DNA of 64,000 bases from Phyllosticta citribraziliensis (GCF_038025025.1 NW_027117350.1:744001-808000), one strand, 5' to 3'. Shown: positions 23,643 to 37,660, numbered from the stretch's first letter. Program-made: numbers and translations. Notes: generated from the sequence alone by a model not told the origin.

Positions 23643-26187
23643 TTTTGGCAGTTTCTGGATGCTTGGGGAAGTGATGAGAAAGCTTGTTTGCCTTGGCGGG
23701 GGCGTGAAAGGCTGAAATGAGGCGCGAAATGCTGATGGGAATGTAGGAAGGATTGATGTTTGGACTGATGGTGGTTTGACTGACCTCCTGGCAGCATTGT
23801 CTCTTCAGTATTTTATACCACGATTTTCGCGCACACCAGCCAGCTATTTCTTCCGCTCCCTTCCACGTCCAGGTATTGCGGTTGACCTACGCTGCAAGAG
23901 ATGAGGCCGAAGGTTCATCGGGGAGCGAGCACAGCGGTCTCTCATGTCGTCACTGGCGTCAGACAATGCCCCACAGACGACGTGCGAAACAGTACCATCC
24001 TTCAATCTCTCGTCGAATCTGAGGCAAAGACTCCCACCCATTGCATTGCGCAGGGGCCCGCTTGCGCGAGCCAGCGAGTTCCGTCTGACTTCAGCAAGCA
24101 GTCAAGGTGGACTTTGGGGGCCACGCGCGGACGGTGGACCCGCGATCCCAGGGCTCTTGTTGTGCCAGGCACGCTCGAGACCTCTTCCAAAAATTTGAGG
24201 TACCTGGTTTGTGCTGTGCTGCATTCCCTTTCCTTTACAATCCTGTCCAAATCAAAGTGCTTTGTGTCGTTCAGCATGTCTCACTTATCTCTAATGAATC
24301 CCTTATGGGAGCACGACCTCTGGATTCTACTCGAAAGTATGATGCATTCTCAAGATTCGACATCATCACCGAAGCGCTTCGGAGCGCTGGTCGGGTGCGG
24401 TACCCCGAGCTCCGAAAGAAAAGCTCCCTGAGGCAGCTGGATGAGGCGCTAGACTCTCCGAATCCGAAGTGGATGGGGACCGGAGGACTTGGAAGTTGCA
24501 TGAGTGGCTGCCGAAAGCTGTCGGCATTGTTTCATGTTGTTTTGACAGGTTTGTGGTACTTGCCTTGATTGTCGACATGCGGTTTCTCACGTAATTGCGG
24601 AAAAGGAATGGAATTGCGGAGGATGGGCACGCTTGCATGATGGGGCCCTTGGTATTCTGAGATTCTTACATTATCGTCAAGTGGGGCTGTACGTCAAATT
24701 GTATCTCTCGATAATTAGAAATGAGCAAACAGTAATGTATTGAAGGGGACGACGCTGATGTAAGTTATTTCTCATCAGTACTTATGGTTAGGTTTTGTTA
24801 ATGAATTTAGCCATAATGCACTCACTAAGGCAAAAGTACTCCGTCCATGCTGTCCGGATTGAAACATGTCAAACGCAGAAAAGAGTTGATGTAAATGTCG
24901 GACAAGACGGAAGTGTTGGTGGTGAATGACAGTACCCTAATTGCCTAAACCAGCCTAGCGCGAAATCTGTCGCGTTAGGTTGTTTCCTCGACCCCACGCG
25001 CGTCGCCGCAACCTCTGCCCTCTTCCACTCGCTGCGCGTAACCATCACCGCTACGTACTCCGAGCTGCCTGCTTGTCCGAAATCTCTGCTTACTACGGCT
25101 GTGAGACGCGCCCGTCAGCAGACATGCACTGCCAACGCTCCACCCATCGTTCTTCGGCGCGCTGCCCGACCTCTACCAACCTCCCTCCCTTTCAGCAACG
25201 GCGAACGGGCCTGGCCTTGGAAATGTTTACCGCTCAGAACATGGCGGACTGAGACAGCACACGCGGATGTACTTGCGGCCTGCGAGTCTCAGTCTCCTCT
25301 CACGTTCTCTACGCTGAGAATCCTTTGATCCTGCAACTTCATGTCGGGGTTCCGACGGCGGTGCTTCCGTTGGCCGTGTGCTTCAAAGGCGGCGACCAGA
25401 GTCGTTTGCACGGCTGATGCCTGGCTGAGCAAGCAGTATGCTGTCTCTTCTGCCGTTGTTTGAATATCGGTGGGTTTGGCCAATGCCCGTCCACTACTAG
25501 TGGGAACAGCGCGGGGGTTCCAACGGTCTGAAGCAATGCAGTGTTAGTCCGGATCATGAAGCAACTTTGGCATATCTCTGGAAGCAATCAGTCTACGACA
25601 CTTGACCATGTCACTCGGAACTTTCAAAAGATTTCAGACACCCCGCGCGTCCACACCGGCTTGGTCGGTTGCGGAGACATCGCCAACCTGGAACGGAGCC
25701 CGATGACCACTAAGCACCCAACATCGAGGCCTGCCTACCTGCAACATTTGACTCTCGATTTTCGGAATTCCTTTTGAGCCATTGTCAATGACCCGATGGG
25801 GCTCTCTTTTTGGACGCTCAAGGTGTATTTCAAAAGAAGGAAATCCGACACCACGAAATATTCTGACTAGACTGGGAGCATCCATACGCTTCAACAGGCA
25901 ATTAATAGGGAGAATTCGAATTCATGCATGTCAGAAAATACGTTCTTCACGCACCAAGTCGGAGCTCACGACACAATGGTCAAAACGAAACTTTCACCTG
26001 TCGAGTACAACGCTGCCCCCACGTGGCACAACCAGGCTACACTGCAAAGACTGTGATGATGAGGATCCATCTGGATTTGCGGTATCTGCTACCCAAAAAT
26101 ACGCCCGCCACGAGAGCCAGAATCCGGTAACGACATTGTGGGGCTATGTTGCCAAAGCGGCTGCCGCTAACCCAACTCCCACCACCC

Positions 26188-26727
26188 CTACATGGAGCTC
26201 AACGCCACAACCTTTCCGTCCTGCAGGATCGGAGTGTACCAGCCAATGGTCATCCTAGAATAAGGTCAGCACAGAAAAAAAATGTACTACTGTGGATGAA
26301 CAGCACGTACTGCGACCTCTTAGTATCGGCGAACTTTTCATGGTCTGGCCCCGCGTTTTGCCTGAAGAATGGATCTTGCTTCATCTTGACGAAGCAGTCA
26401 ATGTCTGGGAAGACAATCTGGATGCAGACGTCATAGTCGGCAACATTTGCAAACTGCGGATCGTACAACTTTCCCATCAGGGGCCGAGTCTTGCTAGTGT
26501 TGTGCGTCTAAGCCAATCAGCCTTCCGACATCTTTGCCAGGCACTGCGGTGAGACGAGGCGGCTGGCGACATACCATTGACCAGGACAAGAAGCCATATT
26601 TCTCCATCAAGCCGCGAACAAGGGGAGCATGGGTGTTGACCATGTGGTTCCTGTACTCGTCCTCAGAAATGCCCTCCTTCTTGTAGCCCAGGATGCTAAG
26701 GCAAAGTAATTGTGATTCGTGTTCCAT
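26188..26727 (-). CDS. EthD-domain protein (polyketide-tailoring decarboxylase/dehydratase family), 3 exons
   Basis: Spliced: MEHESQLLCLSILGYKKEGISEDEYRNHMVNTHAPLV...|THNTSKTRPLMGKLYDPQFANVADYD...DHEKFADTKRSQ|MTIGWYTPILQDGKVVALSSM*. This is a typical fungal EthD pattern. Confidence 0.88.
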
Positions 26728-28349
26728 TTTTCTCAAGGATGTAAGAACGAAGTGCAATGCTGATCATAGACCAGGAACCCAAGCCGCTATATATCAGTAA
26801 CCAGACCTTGTTGCTGTAAATATAGCATTCGCGCGCATGAGAGCTAAGACTGCCACGAGATGGCCCAAGACGGAGCTCTTCGAGGCGATAACTTCTGGAA
26901 TCCACTCGGGTACGGGGACCGAACTTCATGGCCTGCATTCCCAGATGCCGCCACGGCTAAGTTTCCGGCACGTCCCAGGAGACCACGCGCCGCCCCCAAG
27001 CCGCTACGCTATGCGGATGGCTCGTGCGCAGGAGCGTCGTCCGACGTACCTGACACTTGGGGCTATGCTACGCAGAGCGTTTTCTCAAACCGAGCAATCT
27101 AATCAATCAGTTTCCGGATCAGACAGGCAGGCCCTCGGATTGTATGCGAGCCACTGGTCTCAAGGTGCAACCTCAATCCCTTGAAGCTGGAGTCTCAGTT
27201 CACAAGGTCCCAAAATAACATCGACTTGGGCGTTGATTATTCGTCCTCAACCACAACGGTCACACCTTACCGCGGCAAGTGCTCACTATTGAGCACGTAA
27301 CATGGCTGCATTAGGCAACTTGGCCAGGAAGAATACCGTGGGCCGAGGGACGAGAACCTCTTGGTGCTCTGAATAAGCGGGCAAAAACCGGTGTACGTCC
27401 AGAAGTCTGGGACCGGGTTTCAAGGGTCTATCTGCCGTACCGCAGACCTTTCGTCACTTTGCAAGCCAGGCCGATCAAGCCTTGCCCAGCCACTGACAGC
27501 GAGGAGTCTTGGGTTACCTATTGCGGAAAGTCCTGGAACGGTATCATCTCATCGTCCAAGACTGGCCGGACCATTCTCAAGTTTGACGCGCTTTACCAAG
27601 GTCAACATCAATTGCCCACAGGCCCGCCAACCAAGGCAGCAATAGTGACGACATGGCTCTCGCATGTATCCCTAAAAATGCGCCTGCCTTTTGCTCCATG
27701 CGGACCTTGATGGTCGGTTTGCGGATCCTCTCAACGGCACCATGGAGGATATCCATAGTGGCACCTCTGTAGGTTTGCGCAGTATGCCTCTCATGCTGTG
27801 CAACGGCCCTTCAGGTGTGCTTCAAACACGTTTTCATCGCGTTCGCTAAGCGCGACGGTTTCCGCCCTTCTCGCTTATGCATCGTCCGTCAACTTTGGTC
27901 CTCCGGAGACTATAGCCGACATGCAATGTCTCTCGGCGATGCTTTCTCGACCAGATTGACGTTTCTTTTCATCCCTTCTGACAGGAGTTTAGTTCGCTTC
28001 CCGCCTAATCGTGTCATCACATGAGGCTTCTCTGGTAGACGCTGTGGCGGATCCTGCGTAAGCCCCCCGGGGACCGAAGGCACGCTTACAGGGGTCCACG
28101 CAGCGCGAACATAGAGACCTATGTTATGCAGTCTTGACAGTGCTTTGCGAACAGCCAGAGCGAACGTCAAACGATATAAGTGTCGCGGCAGGTACTCGGA
28201 AAATTCTCCATCATCCAGATCATTAACTCCTCGACTTCAATCAACTCTCTTGAGCATCTCGAATTGATTGAGCGTCTTGACTATTCTACTCTTCTTTCAA
28301 TTGTCTTTCTCAACTAGACTTTCCAAAGACTCCCCGCATTTAGACCACA

Positions 28350-31300
28350 ATGGACAACACCATGCAGATCCTTGTGTTCGGTGACCTCGCGGTCCCCTAC
28401 GACTCTGGCCTGAAGCGCCTACTTTCAAAGAGAGACAACCCAACGTTGACCTCTTTCATCAACGAAGTGTGCACTGCCTTGAAGATCGAGACTTCCGCAC
28501 TCCCAGCCAGTCAGAGAACGGCCTTTTCGCGCTTCTCGACACTACAGGAGCTCCATTTTGCTCACCAACAATCGAAAAATGGCAATTGTGCCATCGACTC
28601 TGCACTTGTTTGTACATACCAAGTTGCATCTTTCATTGCGTAAGTGTCTTGCTATCCACTCCTTCCTTCTCTCTTTCGCTAACTGACTTGCTGCAGACAC
28701 TACAGTGAGAAGAAGCGTCCCTACCCTACCAAAGCCAACACCTATGCTTTGGGGAGCTGCATTGGAGGCCTTGCAGCTGCAGCAATCAGCTGCAGCAAGA
28801 GCGTATCTGACCTCAGTTCTACTGCCATTGAGGCGATCAAGATTGCATTCCGGCTTGGTCTTGCTGTCATGGAAATGAAGAGTCGTCTCACTCCTGACCT
28901 CGAGAAGACATCCTCTTGGTCTATGGTCGTTGGAACCACCGAAGAGAAGGCTTCTGAGCTTGTGAGGGACTTCTCCGACAAGTCTGGTCTTCCGGTGACT
29001 TCTCGTCCCTACATCAGCTCGGTTGGCCATGGAAGTGTCACCGTGACTGGACCACCAAGCAGTCTCCAGGAATTCTTCTCTCAAAACTCCCAGCTCAAAC
29101 CGGCCGCAACGCCGATCAACGGCCCCTTCCACGCAAGCCATCTCTATTCTGCCAAGGACATCGAGAACCTCTTGGATCTGTCTTCTGATGTTTTCGAGTC
29201 AGTTCCAACGATCCCATTGATTTCTAACGAAACCGGAGCTCCATTTGAGCAAGAAACTTATGGAAGCTTGCTCCGTGCCATTTTGTCCGAGTCCCTGCTC
29301 AAGCAGTTGAGATGGGACCGGATGCTTGAAGGTGTCTCCCGATCTGTCGCAGCGTCCATATTTTCCGGATGCTCCGTGGTTCCTTTCGCCGCAAGTGGAA
29401 TCCAGGGTCTTGTTTCAGCCCTGAAGCGTTCTGGCCTCAGCGAGGTCAACGTGGATAACCCAGCAGTCGTTCCCGAGTCCGAAGCCAAGAGACCTCGCGA
29501 GCAGTCCAAGATTGCTATCATCGGCTTTTCAGGCCGCTTCCCAGAGTCCGAGTGCAACCAAGCTTTTTGGGAACTTCTGATGGCCGGTCTTGATGTACAC
29601 AAGGAGATCCCCAAGGATCGCTTCGACCCCAAGCTTTACTTCGACCCGACTGGAAAGAAAAAGAACACCAGCGGCGTCATGAACGGCTGTTTCATCCCTC
29701 ATCCGGGTTGGTTTGACGCCCGTTTCTTCAACATGTCTCCACGTGAGGCATCTCAAGCCGACCCCGCTCAACGATTGGTCATCATGACCGCCTATGAAGC
29801 TATCGAAATGGCGGGCATCACTCCAAATGGCTCTCCTTCGACCCAGAAAGACAGAGTTGGTGTATTTTATGGAGTGGTAAGTCCAGAACCGCCTGTGCCC
29901 TTCGAAAGATATCCGACTAATTCCCACAGACGAGTGATGACTACAGAGAGGTGAACAGTGGGCAGTGCATTGACACCTACTTCATCCCTGGCGGAAATCG
30001 CGCGTTCATTCCTGGTCGCATCAACTATAACTTTGGCTTCAGCGGTCCCAGTTTTAGTGTGGACACTGCCTGTTCCTCCAGTCTCGCAGCAATCCACTTG
30101 GCATGCAATGCTCTGTGGCGAGGGGAATGTGATACGACCATAGCCGGCGGAACAAACGTTATCACCAATCCGGACAATTTTGCCGGGCTCGACCGTGGCC
30201 ATTTCCTCTCCCGCACCGGCAACTGCAACACGTTCGACGATGGTGCGGACGGATACTGCCGAGCAGACGCTGTCGGTACCGTCATTCTGAAACGCCTCGA
30301 CGATGCCCTGGCGGACGGCGACCCAGTGTTCGCAACGATCCTTGGTGCCTGTACGAACCACTCTGCAGAATCCGTCTCGATCACCAGACCGCATTCGGGT
30401 GCCCAGGAAGCGGTGTTTCGCAAAATTCTCAACACTGCAGGTGCTGATCCTTCCAGCGTCAGCTATGTCGAAATGCACGGGACAGGGACGCAACATGGCG
30501 ATGCTGTCGAGATGACTTCGGTTCTCAACGTCTTTTCGCCTCGGTCTGATCCTCTGTACCTGGGCTCAGCCAAGTCCAACATTGGACATGCCGAGTCGGC
30601 TTCTGGCGTTGCTTCGCTCATCAAAGTCTTGCTGATGATGGAGAACAGCGCTATTCCTCCGCACTGTGGCATCAAGACCAAGATCAATCACAACTTCCCG
30701 ACTGATCTGGAACAGCGCGGCATTCGCATCGCGATGAAGGCGACGGACTGGAAGAGACCCGCGGCTCTTCCCCGCAGGGCCTTTGTCAACAACTTCTCTG
30801 CGGCCGGAGGAAACTCCTCCGTCCTGGTTGAAGATGCCCCCGTTTTGGTCCCGAAGTCGATTCAAGATGCTCGCTCTCAACACCTGGTGGCTGTTTCTGC
30901 TAGAACGCCGGGCTCGCTGAAGAACAACATTCAGACCTTGGCTCAGTTCATCGCGCAGAATCCGTCCGTGTCTCTGCCCTCTCTGTCCTACACTACCACA
31001 GCTCGTCGCATTCACCACAACTTCCGCGTTATGGTGTCTGGATCAGACCTGAGCGCTGTCCAGAATGCATTGCTAGCTGCAGGAAGCAGAGACAAGTACA
31101 CCGCTGTCGCCCCTGGCGTGCGTTCCATCTTTGCCTTTACGGGCCAAGGCTCCCAGTACCTCGGAATGGGAAAACAGCTTTTGTGTTTGCCCCAGTTCCG
31201 TGCGGACATCGAGAGGTTCGACGGGATCATCAAGAGCTACGGATTCCAAGAGATCATGCCAATCGTCGATGGAACCTGTACGGAGGATCTCGCTACTCTG

Positions 31301-34300
31301 CCTCCTTCGACCATTCAGTTGGCGATGGCGTGTCTCGAAATGGCTCTTGGCAAGTTCATGAAAACCCTAGGAGCTGTGCCCCAAGCAGTCATCGGCCATT
31401 CACTTGGCGAATATGCTGCGCTCAACCTGGCTGGCGTCTTGTCAGACTCGGACACCATATACCTGGTTGGCAAGAGGGCGCAGCTTCTCGAGAAGCATTG
31501 CACTGTCGGAAGTCATTCCATGCTTTCGGTCGACTCCTCTGTCCAGGGCCTGTCTCAGTACCTCGCTTCGCACAAGACTCTGGAGGTTGCTTGTATCAAC
31601 GGACCGAGTGCTACGGTGCTCAGCGGGCCGGCGGCCGACATCAACACTGCTGAAGCAGAGTTGAAGACAAAGTCGATGAAGACTATCAAGCTCAATGTTC
31701 AATTTGCGTTCCACTCGGCACAGGTACAACCCATGCTTGATGCCTATGAGGAGATTGCTCGTTACGTGCAGTTCAAGGATCCCAGCATTCCCCTGGTTTC
31801 CCCCCTTCTTGGAAAAGTCATCACCAAGGCAGAGGAATTCGGTTCTCCTGCACGCTACCTCAGTCGTCACTGCAGGGAGACAGTCAGCTTTGAAGAGGCT
31901 CTGCGCATCACGCCCTCTGAAAAGGCAGTATGGGTTGAGATTGGTCCTCACACTGTTTGCTCTGGCATGATCAAGGCTACCCTTGGCACTCAAACCACCA
32001 CTCTCGCAACGCTCCGCCGCGGCGAAGATGCCTGGAAGACTCTGACTGCTGCTCTCACGGGCCTGTACGAGCGTGGTCTTGACATTGACTGGAACGAGTA
32101 TCACCGTTGCTTCCGCAACGGCTTGACTGTGCTGAGGCTGCCTTCTTACAACTGGGACCTCAAGAACTACTGGATCGATTACGTCCACGACTGGTGCCTG
32201 ACGAAGGGCGATGCGCCAGTGCAGGCTCTCCCAGCTCCGCCGGAGCCGACTCCAGCCCCTGCTCCCATTCTCTCTTCGTCGGTTCACAGGGTCCTCGAGG
32301 AAAAGTTTTCGAAGCACGAAGCAACTGTCTTGGCCGAATCGGACATCGCTCACCCCGACCTCCAGAGGCTGCTGCATGCCCACAAGGTCATTGGAATCGC
32401 CATCTGCACCTCGTCGGCTTGGGCAGATGTTGCTTTGACTCTTGCGGAGTATATGCTTGAAAAGTCGCCTGTCGCGGACAAGGAGCAGCTCGGTGCTGCG
32501 GTGACCGACATGGCTGTCGAGAGGCCACTGATCGCGAACGGGCAGCCCTCGCAGCTTATCCGGATGACTGCAACTGCCAACTGGTCTGACAAGACCATGG
32601 CTGTCAAGATTTACAGCGTCAACGCAGAAGGCCGCAGGACAATCGACCACGCCAAGTGCACTGTTAGGCTCAGCAACAAGCAGTCTTGGCTCAACGAGTG
32701 GAAACGCATCGCGCACTTGATCCAAGGCCGTATTACCGACATGCGCCAGGGCTTGACAAATGGCTCAGACAGCGCTCACCTCATCAAGAGCGGCATGTTC
32801 TACAAACTCTTTGGTGCCGTTGTCGAGTATGATAACTTCTTCAAGGGACATCAAGAAGCGATCATGCGCAGCGACGACCACGAGAGTACTGGTCGTGTCA
32901 GGTTCCAAGCAGTCGGTCCCGATGCCGGCAAGTGGACGGTCAGCCCGTACTGGATCGACAGCATCGGCCAGATTACTGGGTTCACCATGAACGCAAACGA
33001 GGCCACGGATTCGAAGCAATTCGTCTACCTCAATCACAGTTGGGATAACTTGCGCATCGCGGTTCCGTTCGACGCCAGCAAAGAGTACCACACCTACGTC
33101 AAGATGCAGCCAAAGAACGACAAAGAATATTCTGGCGACGTCTTCGTCCTCCACGAAGGTGTCATCGTCGCCGTGTACGAGGGTGTCACATTCATCAAGG
33201 TTCCCCGTCGTGCCATGGAAATGGCCTTGTCCCAAGCTACAGGCGGCGCAGTCAAGGCTTCTGCCCCTGCCCCCAAGATCGCTCCTGTCACCAAGGCCAA
33301 CCTGGCTGCGAAGGCAGCCGAGTCGAAGCCAAAGAAGGCCTCAGCTTCCCGCAGAGCCGCGCCGCCGAAGACATCAGGAGCTTCTGCTGCGTCTCAGAAG
33401 GCCCTCGCAATCCTATCGGAAGAGATTGGCGTCCCCGTCCCTGAACTGGACCTCGAGGAAGAGCTCGCAGCGTACGGCATCGATTCGCTCCTCGCCCTGA
33501 ACGTTGCTAGCAAATTCCGCGAGGACCTGGAGATTGACATTGACTCGTCTGTCATCATTGAGGCCGCCTCAATCAAAGACTTGTTCTCCAAGCTGAACCT
33601 TGGAAAGCAGGAGCAACAAGCACAAGCAAAGGACCCTTCTCCTTACACGTCCGACTCCTCCTTTAGCGATGCGGACGACGAGTCAGACTTGGCCTCTGTA
33701 TCTTCCAAGACTTCAGTCAGCGAAACCGAGAGCCCGGTGAGCACCGACTGCAAGAACTCTCCTGCTCTGATGGAAATTGTGACCAAGCTACTTGCCGAAG
33801 AGATTGGTGTCTCCGTCTCGGAGCTCACAGACGATGAGGAGCTTTCAAACCTTGGTCTCGACTCCCTCATGTCACTTACAATCACCAGTCGCATCCGTGA
33901 GGAGTTGCAAATCGATGTTGACTCGGACTTTTTGATGACCAACACCACGCTTGGGTCCATTAGGGCGAAGCTTGCGCCCAAAAGCTCAGAGCCGGCGTTC
34001 ACAGAGCAGCCTTTCCCGCCTGCGACTTCAGTCCTACTCCAAGGGCGCCCAAGCACCGCTACCAAAACCCTTTTTCTCTTCCCCGACGGCAGCGGCAGCG
34101 CAACCTCCTACATGTCTCTCCCCCAGCTCGACGCCAGCATCGCCGTCTACGGCCTCAACTGCCCGTTCCTCAAGCGCCCAGAGGATATGAATTGCACGCT
34201 GCGCGAGCTCACCAACCCGTACCTGGCTGAGATCCGTCGGCGGCAACCACACGGCCCCTACTTCCTCGGCGGGTGGTCCGCAGGCGGCATCTGCGCCTAC

Positions 34301-34807
34301 GACGCGGCGCAGCGGCTGCTTGCGGACGGCGAGAAGGTCGAGCGGCTGCTGCTCCTCGACTCGCCGAACCCGATCGGTCTGCAGAAGCTGCCGGAACGGC
34401 TGTACGACTTCTTCGACAGCGTCGACCTGTTCAGCACTGGTGGCCAGAAGGCGCCCGCGTGGCTGCTGCCGCACTTCCTCGCCTTCATCGACGTCCTTGA
34501 CACGTACGATCCCGTCCCGTTTGCCGACGCCGCGCAGGCGCCTGACACGCGCATCGTGTGGGCGCTCGACGGTGTCTGCGGCGACGGCGACGGTCGCATC
34601 TCCATGCCTGACCCGCGCGACGACGATCCCCGCGAGATGAAGTGGCTGCTCAATGACCGCACTGAGCACGGCCCCAACGGCTGGGACCAGCTCGTTCCCA
34701 AGAGCAAGATTGCTATCGAGCTTTTGGAGGGCGCGAACCATTTCTCCATGATGCATGGCAAGCCGGTCAAGGACCTGGGCGCTTTCATCAAAAACGCCAT
34801 GGCTTAG
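28350..34807 (+). CDS. Non-reducing iterative type I polyketide synthase SAT-KS-AT-PT-ACP-ACP-TE, 3 exons, ~2115 aa
   Basis: SAT GSCIG; KS DTACSSS, HGTGT, KSNIGH; AT GHSLG and AFHS; PT HKVIG...PYWIDS; ACPs GIDSL and GLDSL; TE GWSAGG...NHFSM. Introns 28640-28696 and 29877-29929 keep frame. Confidence 0.96.
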
Positions 34808-35581
34808 GTGGACATTGAAGTTTTCTATGATTATTGCATTGTCTCTTTCCGTTGGTTGGAAAGTTTGGAGCGCTTTTCGTTTTCTTTTCACCGATCTTTT
34901 ACGAATACTCACTTTCGCTCTCGCTCGGATGATTGGCTTGGAGTTGGTGGAACTTTTCTTTTTCTAGAATCTTGGTAGACTGTATGACTTCCCATTTTTG
35001 TACTTAGTTCTTTCGTACACAAATTCAGAGATGCTCAACTCAAGCCGTTCAAGTTGTGCAAACACGGGAGATCAGTACGTGATGTGGTCCTCATGCTAGC
35101 CATTCTGATCGACAGGTGCGGGCTAAATACATGAAAAGGGTGGAAAGAAGTTCTGTCGCAAAGTAAACGCTTTCCAGAAATGATTTCCCCCGCTCCCAAG
35201 GCCAGCAATTTCCACTTCCGCGTCGTGGTTGGACATTCAACCTGGACTCTTGTGATGGAATCTACCCCGGAGAGACCAATCGGCAATGGCTATCTAGTTG
35301 GACGAGAGACACGCCGAACAAACATGACTGGGCCACACATGCTCAGATAAGTCATATTATTGGTTGGTTATAGTATAAGAGACAGACAGAATACTCCACA
35401 CCAAAAGCCGCCACCCCCCAGCGTCCAAAGTCGTCCAACCGTGAACGACGTAGCCCGTAACCGTAGTCAAACAAATCGAGCCGCAAAGAGACAAGAGAAA
35501 GAGGAAAAGAAGAGGACCGGGGGAAAAATCCCAACTCCACCTACACCCCCCAAAACCCCACCGCACGCCACGTACGCACAC

Positions 35582-37494
35582 TTACACGGCCTTCTCAGAC
35601 GCCAAATACTGCGTCTTGAGATCCCTGCCCGACGTGCTGACGCTGAGCTGGCGGCCGTAGTCGTCGACGACGGAGCTATCGACCTCCTCGTCGAAGACGT
35701 CGACCTCGGTCGACTCGAACTTGCGCGCGCTGACGCCGCGCTCGAAGAGCAGGTCGAGCTCGGCGAAGGAGCGGCCGCGCGGCTCCGGCACGCGGAAGTA
35801 GGTGTAGATGATGCAGCAGAAGGCGATGCCGGCCCAGAAGAAGCCGGTGAAGTTGCTCCAGTCCCACTCGTCGGCTGTTGAGAAGAGAGTTAGCATGTTT
35901 GTTCCGAGTTTGAAGATTCGAGGGGAGGGAGAACTTACGGTTCAACATGTACGGCGACAGCACACCGCAGATGATGCCGACGACGTTGTACAGGTTGCGG
36001 CCCAGCACGACCGTTTTGATCTGCAGCCGGCGCGTCGACAGCTCGCCGACGAGCGAGTAGCACACGGTGCCGACGGTCAGTTGGTACACCATGGCCCAGC
36101 AGATCATCATGCTCCCCGTGGCCATCGACGCCGACTTCTTGTGGGCATCTGGAACCAATCCCAGGAAGCCCATGATCAGAAGCATCGAACACAGGCCGCA
36201 CAGTCCGTACAGATACAGGCTGCGGCGTCCGATGCCCCAGCTCATGAGGAACCACGCGCCTACGGTGCCGACCATGTTGATGGCATACTGGCCCATGGTG
36301 AAATCAAATGCGGACGAGGATGAGAGGCCGGCTTGCTCGAGGAAATACGTCGAGTAGTTGGAGAAGGAGTTTCCAGACAAGTTCTGCATCGCCCAGCACA
36401 TGCAGACGATTTCGGTTCGACGAAGATCACAGCCCTTGAAGCAGTCCAGGTAACTTGCGCCTTTGGTGATTCGGTCTTCAAGCGCCGTCGTGTGAACCAT
36501 CATGGAAATGGTTTCGTCGGGATCAAAGTTTTTGTTTTTCTTGGAACTCGTCAACCGCAGTAAGCTCTTTTTGGCGTCTTCCGTGCGACCTTTGCGGACT
36601 AGCCACCAGGGTGATTCGGGTGCAAAGGCTATGCCTATGAACAAGGGAACGGGCCACATCCATTGCAGGGCGTACGGGATGCGGTAAGACCACTGGTCAT
36701 CGCGGTGAAGATTCGCTTTAATTACGCTCACACCGATGAGCTGGTTTGGGTTAGTTGCTGCGTCACGAAATGGTTGGATGACCGACCTGTCCCAATCCCC
36801 AGCAAAAGTTGACATAAGTGGTCAAGTAACCACGCATGGCAACGGGACTGACTTCGGACGCGTAGGTAATAGTCAACGTTTGGAAGACACCCCAGGGACT
36901 GTGATCACCGCATCAGTCAGCACACACAAATTAAGCGAGACAGATCGAAAAAGGAAGAGACAAAATGGGGACGTACATGCCAGCCAGAACCTCGGCGACC
37001 TGGAGTTCGACAACGCTCGGGGCGGTGTAGAAGACGGCGATGAGGCCTGTCAGAAGAGCTAGGCAGGCCATGACGGTGTACCGATATCCGAATCTTTCAG
37101 ACACCCATCCGTTGACCATGAGACCTATGATTTCGCCGCAGTAGGCTCCGTTAGAGAGACCCGACTGCCACCGCGCAGGGATTTGATAAGAGCCATCTTT
37201 TGCCAGCTCGCCGTATTTCCTGTTAAAAGCGTCGACGGCGTAAAAACTGCCCAGCAAACAGATTTGGTAGCCTTCCATGACAATACAGGTACTGATCAGG
37301 ACACTCCAGCCAATGGCCTTGGGGTAGAGCCGAATGCCTTCGAGAAGGGTCATGCTTTGCTCCTTTTCGGTTGCGGCCTTGGCGTTATGCTTAACGGCCT
37401 CCATCCTCTTGGAGTGCTCGAGCCGATCCTCGTGCGTAAAGTGTATAGGCCCATGGTGGGCGGTAATGTCGCTGTCTGCCGAGTGGGGCGCCAT
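35582..37494 (-). CDS. MFS sugar porter, maltose / alpha-glucoside permease-like, 4 exons
   Basis: [55 protein letters not shown] and [19 protein letters not shown] motifs. Confidence 0.92.
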
Positions 37495-37608
37495 TTTGCC
37501 AGGCTCGTCTGCCAAAGTTATGGCACTTCAAGTGGAGGTTGGGAATGAAGGTGCGTTGAGAGGTGGTGTTGGACAGGCGGGCAAAGGTAGGGCAGGGGCC
37601 GATCTTGT

Positions 37609-37660
37609 CCCCACTTATATACTTTTTTCTTCAGTTTTTCCGACGCGTGCGGGGCCCCAC
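37609..37660 (-). promoter_or_regulatory. TATA box flanked by three CreA/Mig1-type SYGGRG sites
   Basis: CCCCAC 37609-37614, TATATAA on minus 37615-37621, and adjacent inverted GCGGGG/CCCCAC 37649-37660, upstream of the sugar permease ATG. Confidence 0.45.

Noticed and set aside
23900..26100. Short ORFs and an AT-rich patch (~24640-24960) as a cluster gene or RIP-decayed transposon
   Set aside because: No recognisable domains, terminal repeats or transposase motifs.
26728..28349. Repeated Zn2Cys6/AflR-type sites in the PKS-EthD divergent promoter
   Set aside because: CGG triplets occur, but I saw no consistently spaced repeated motif.
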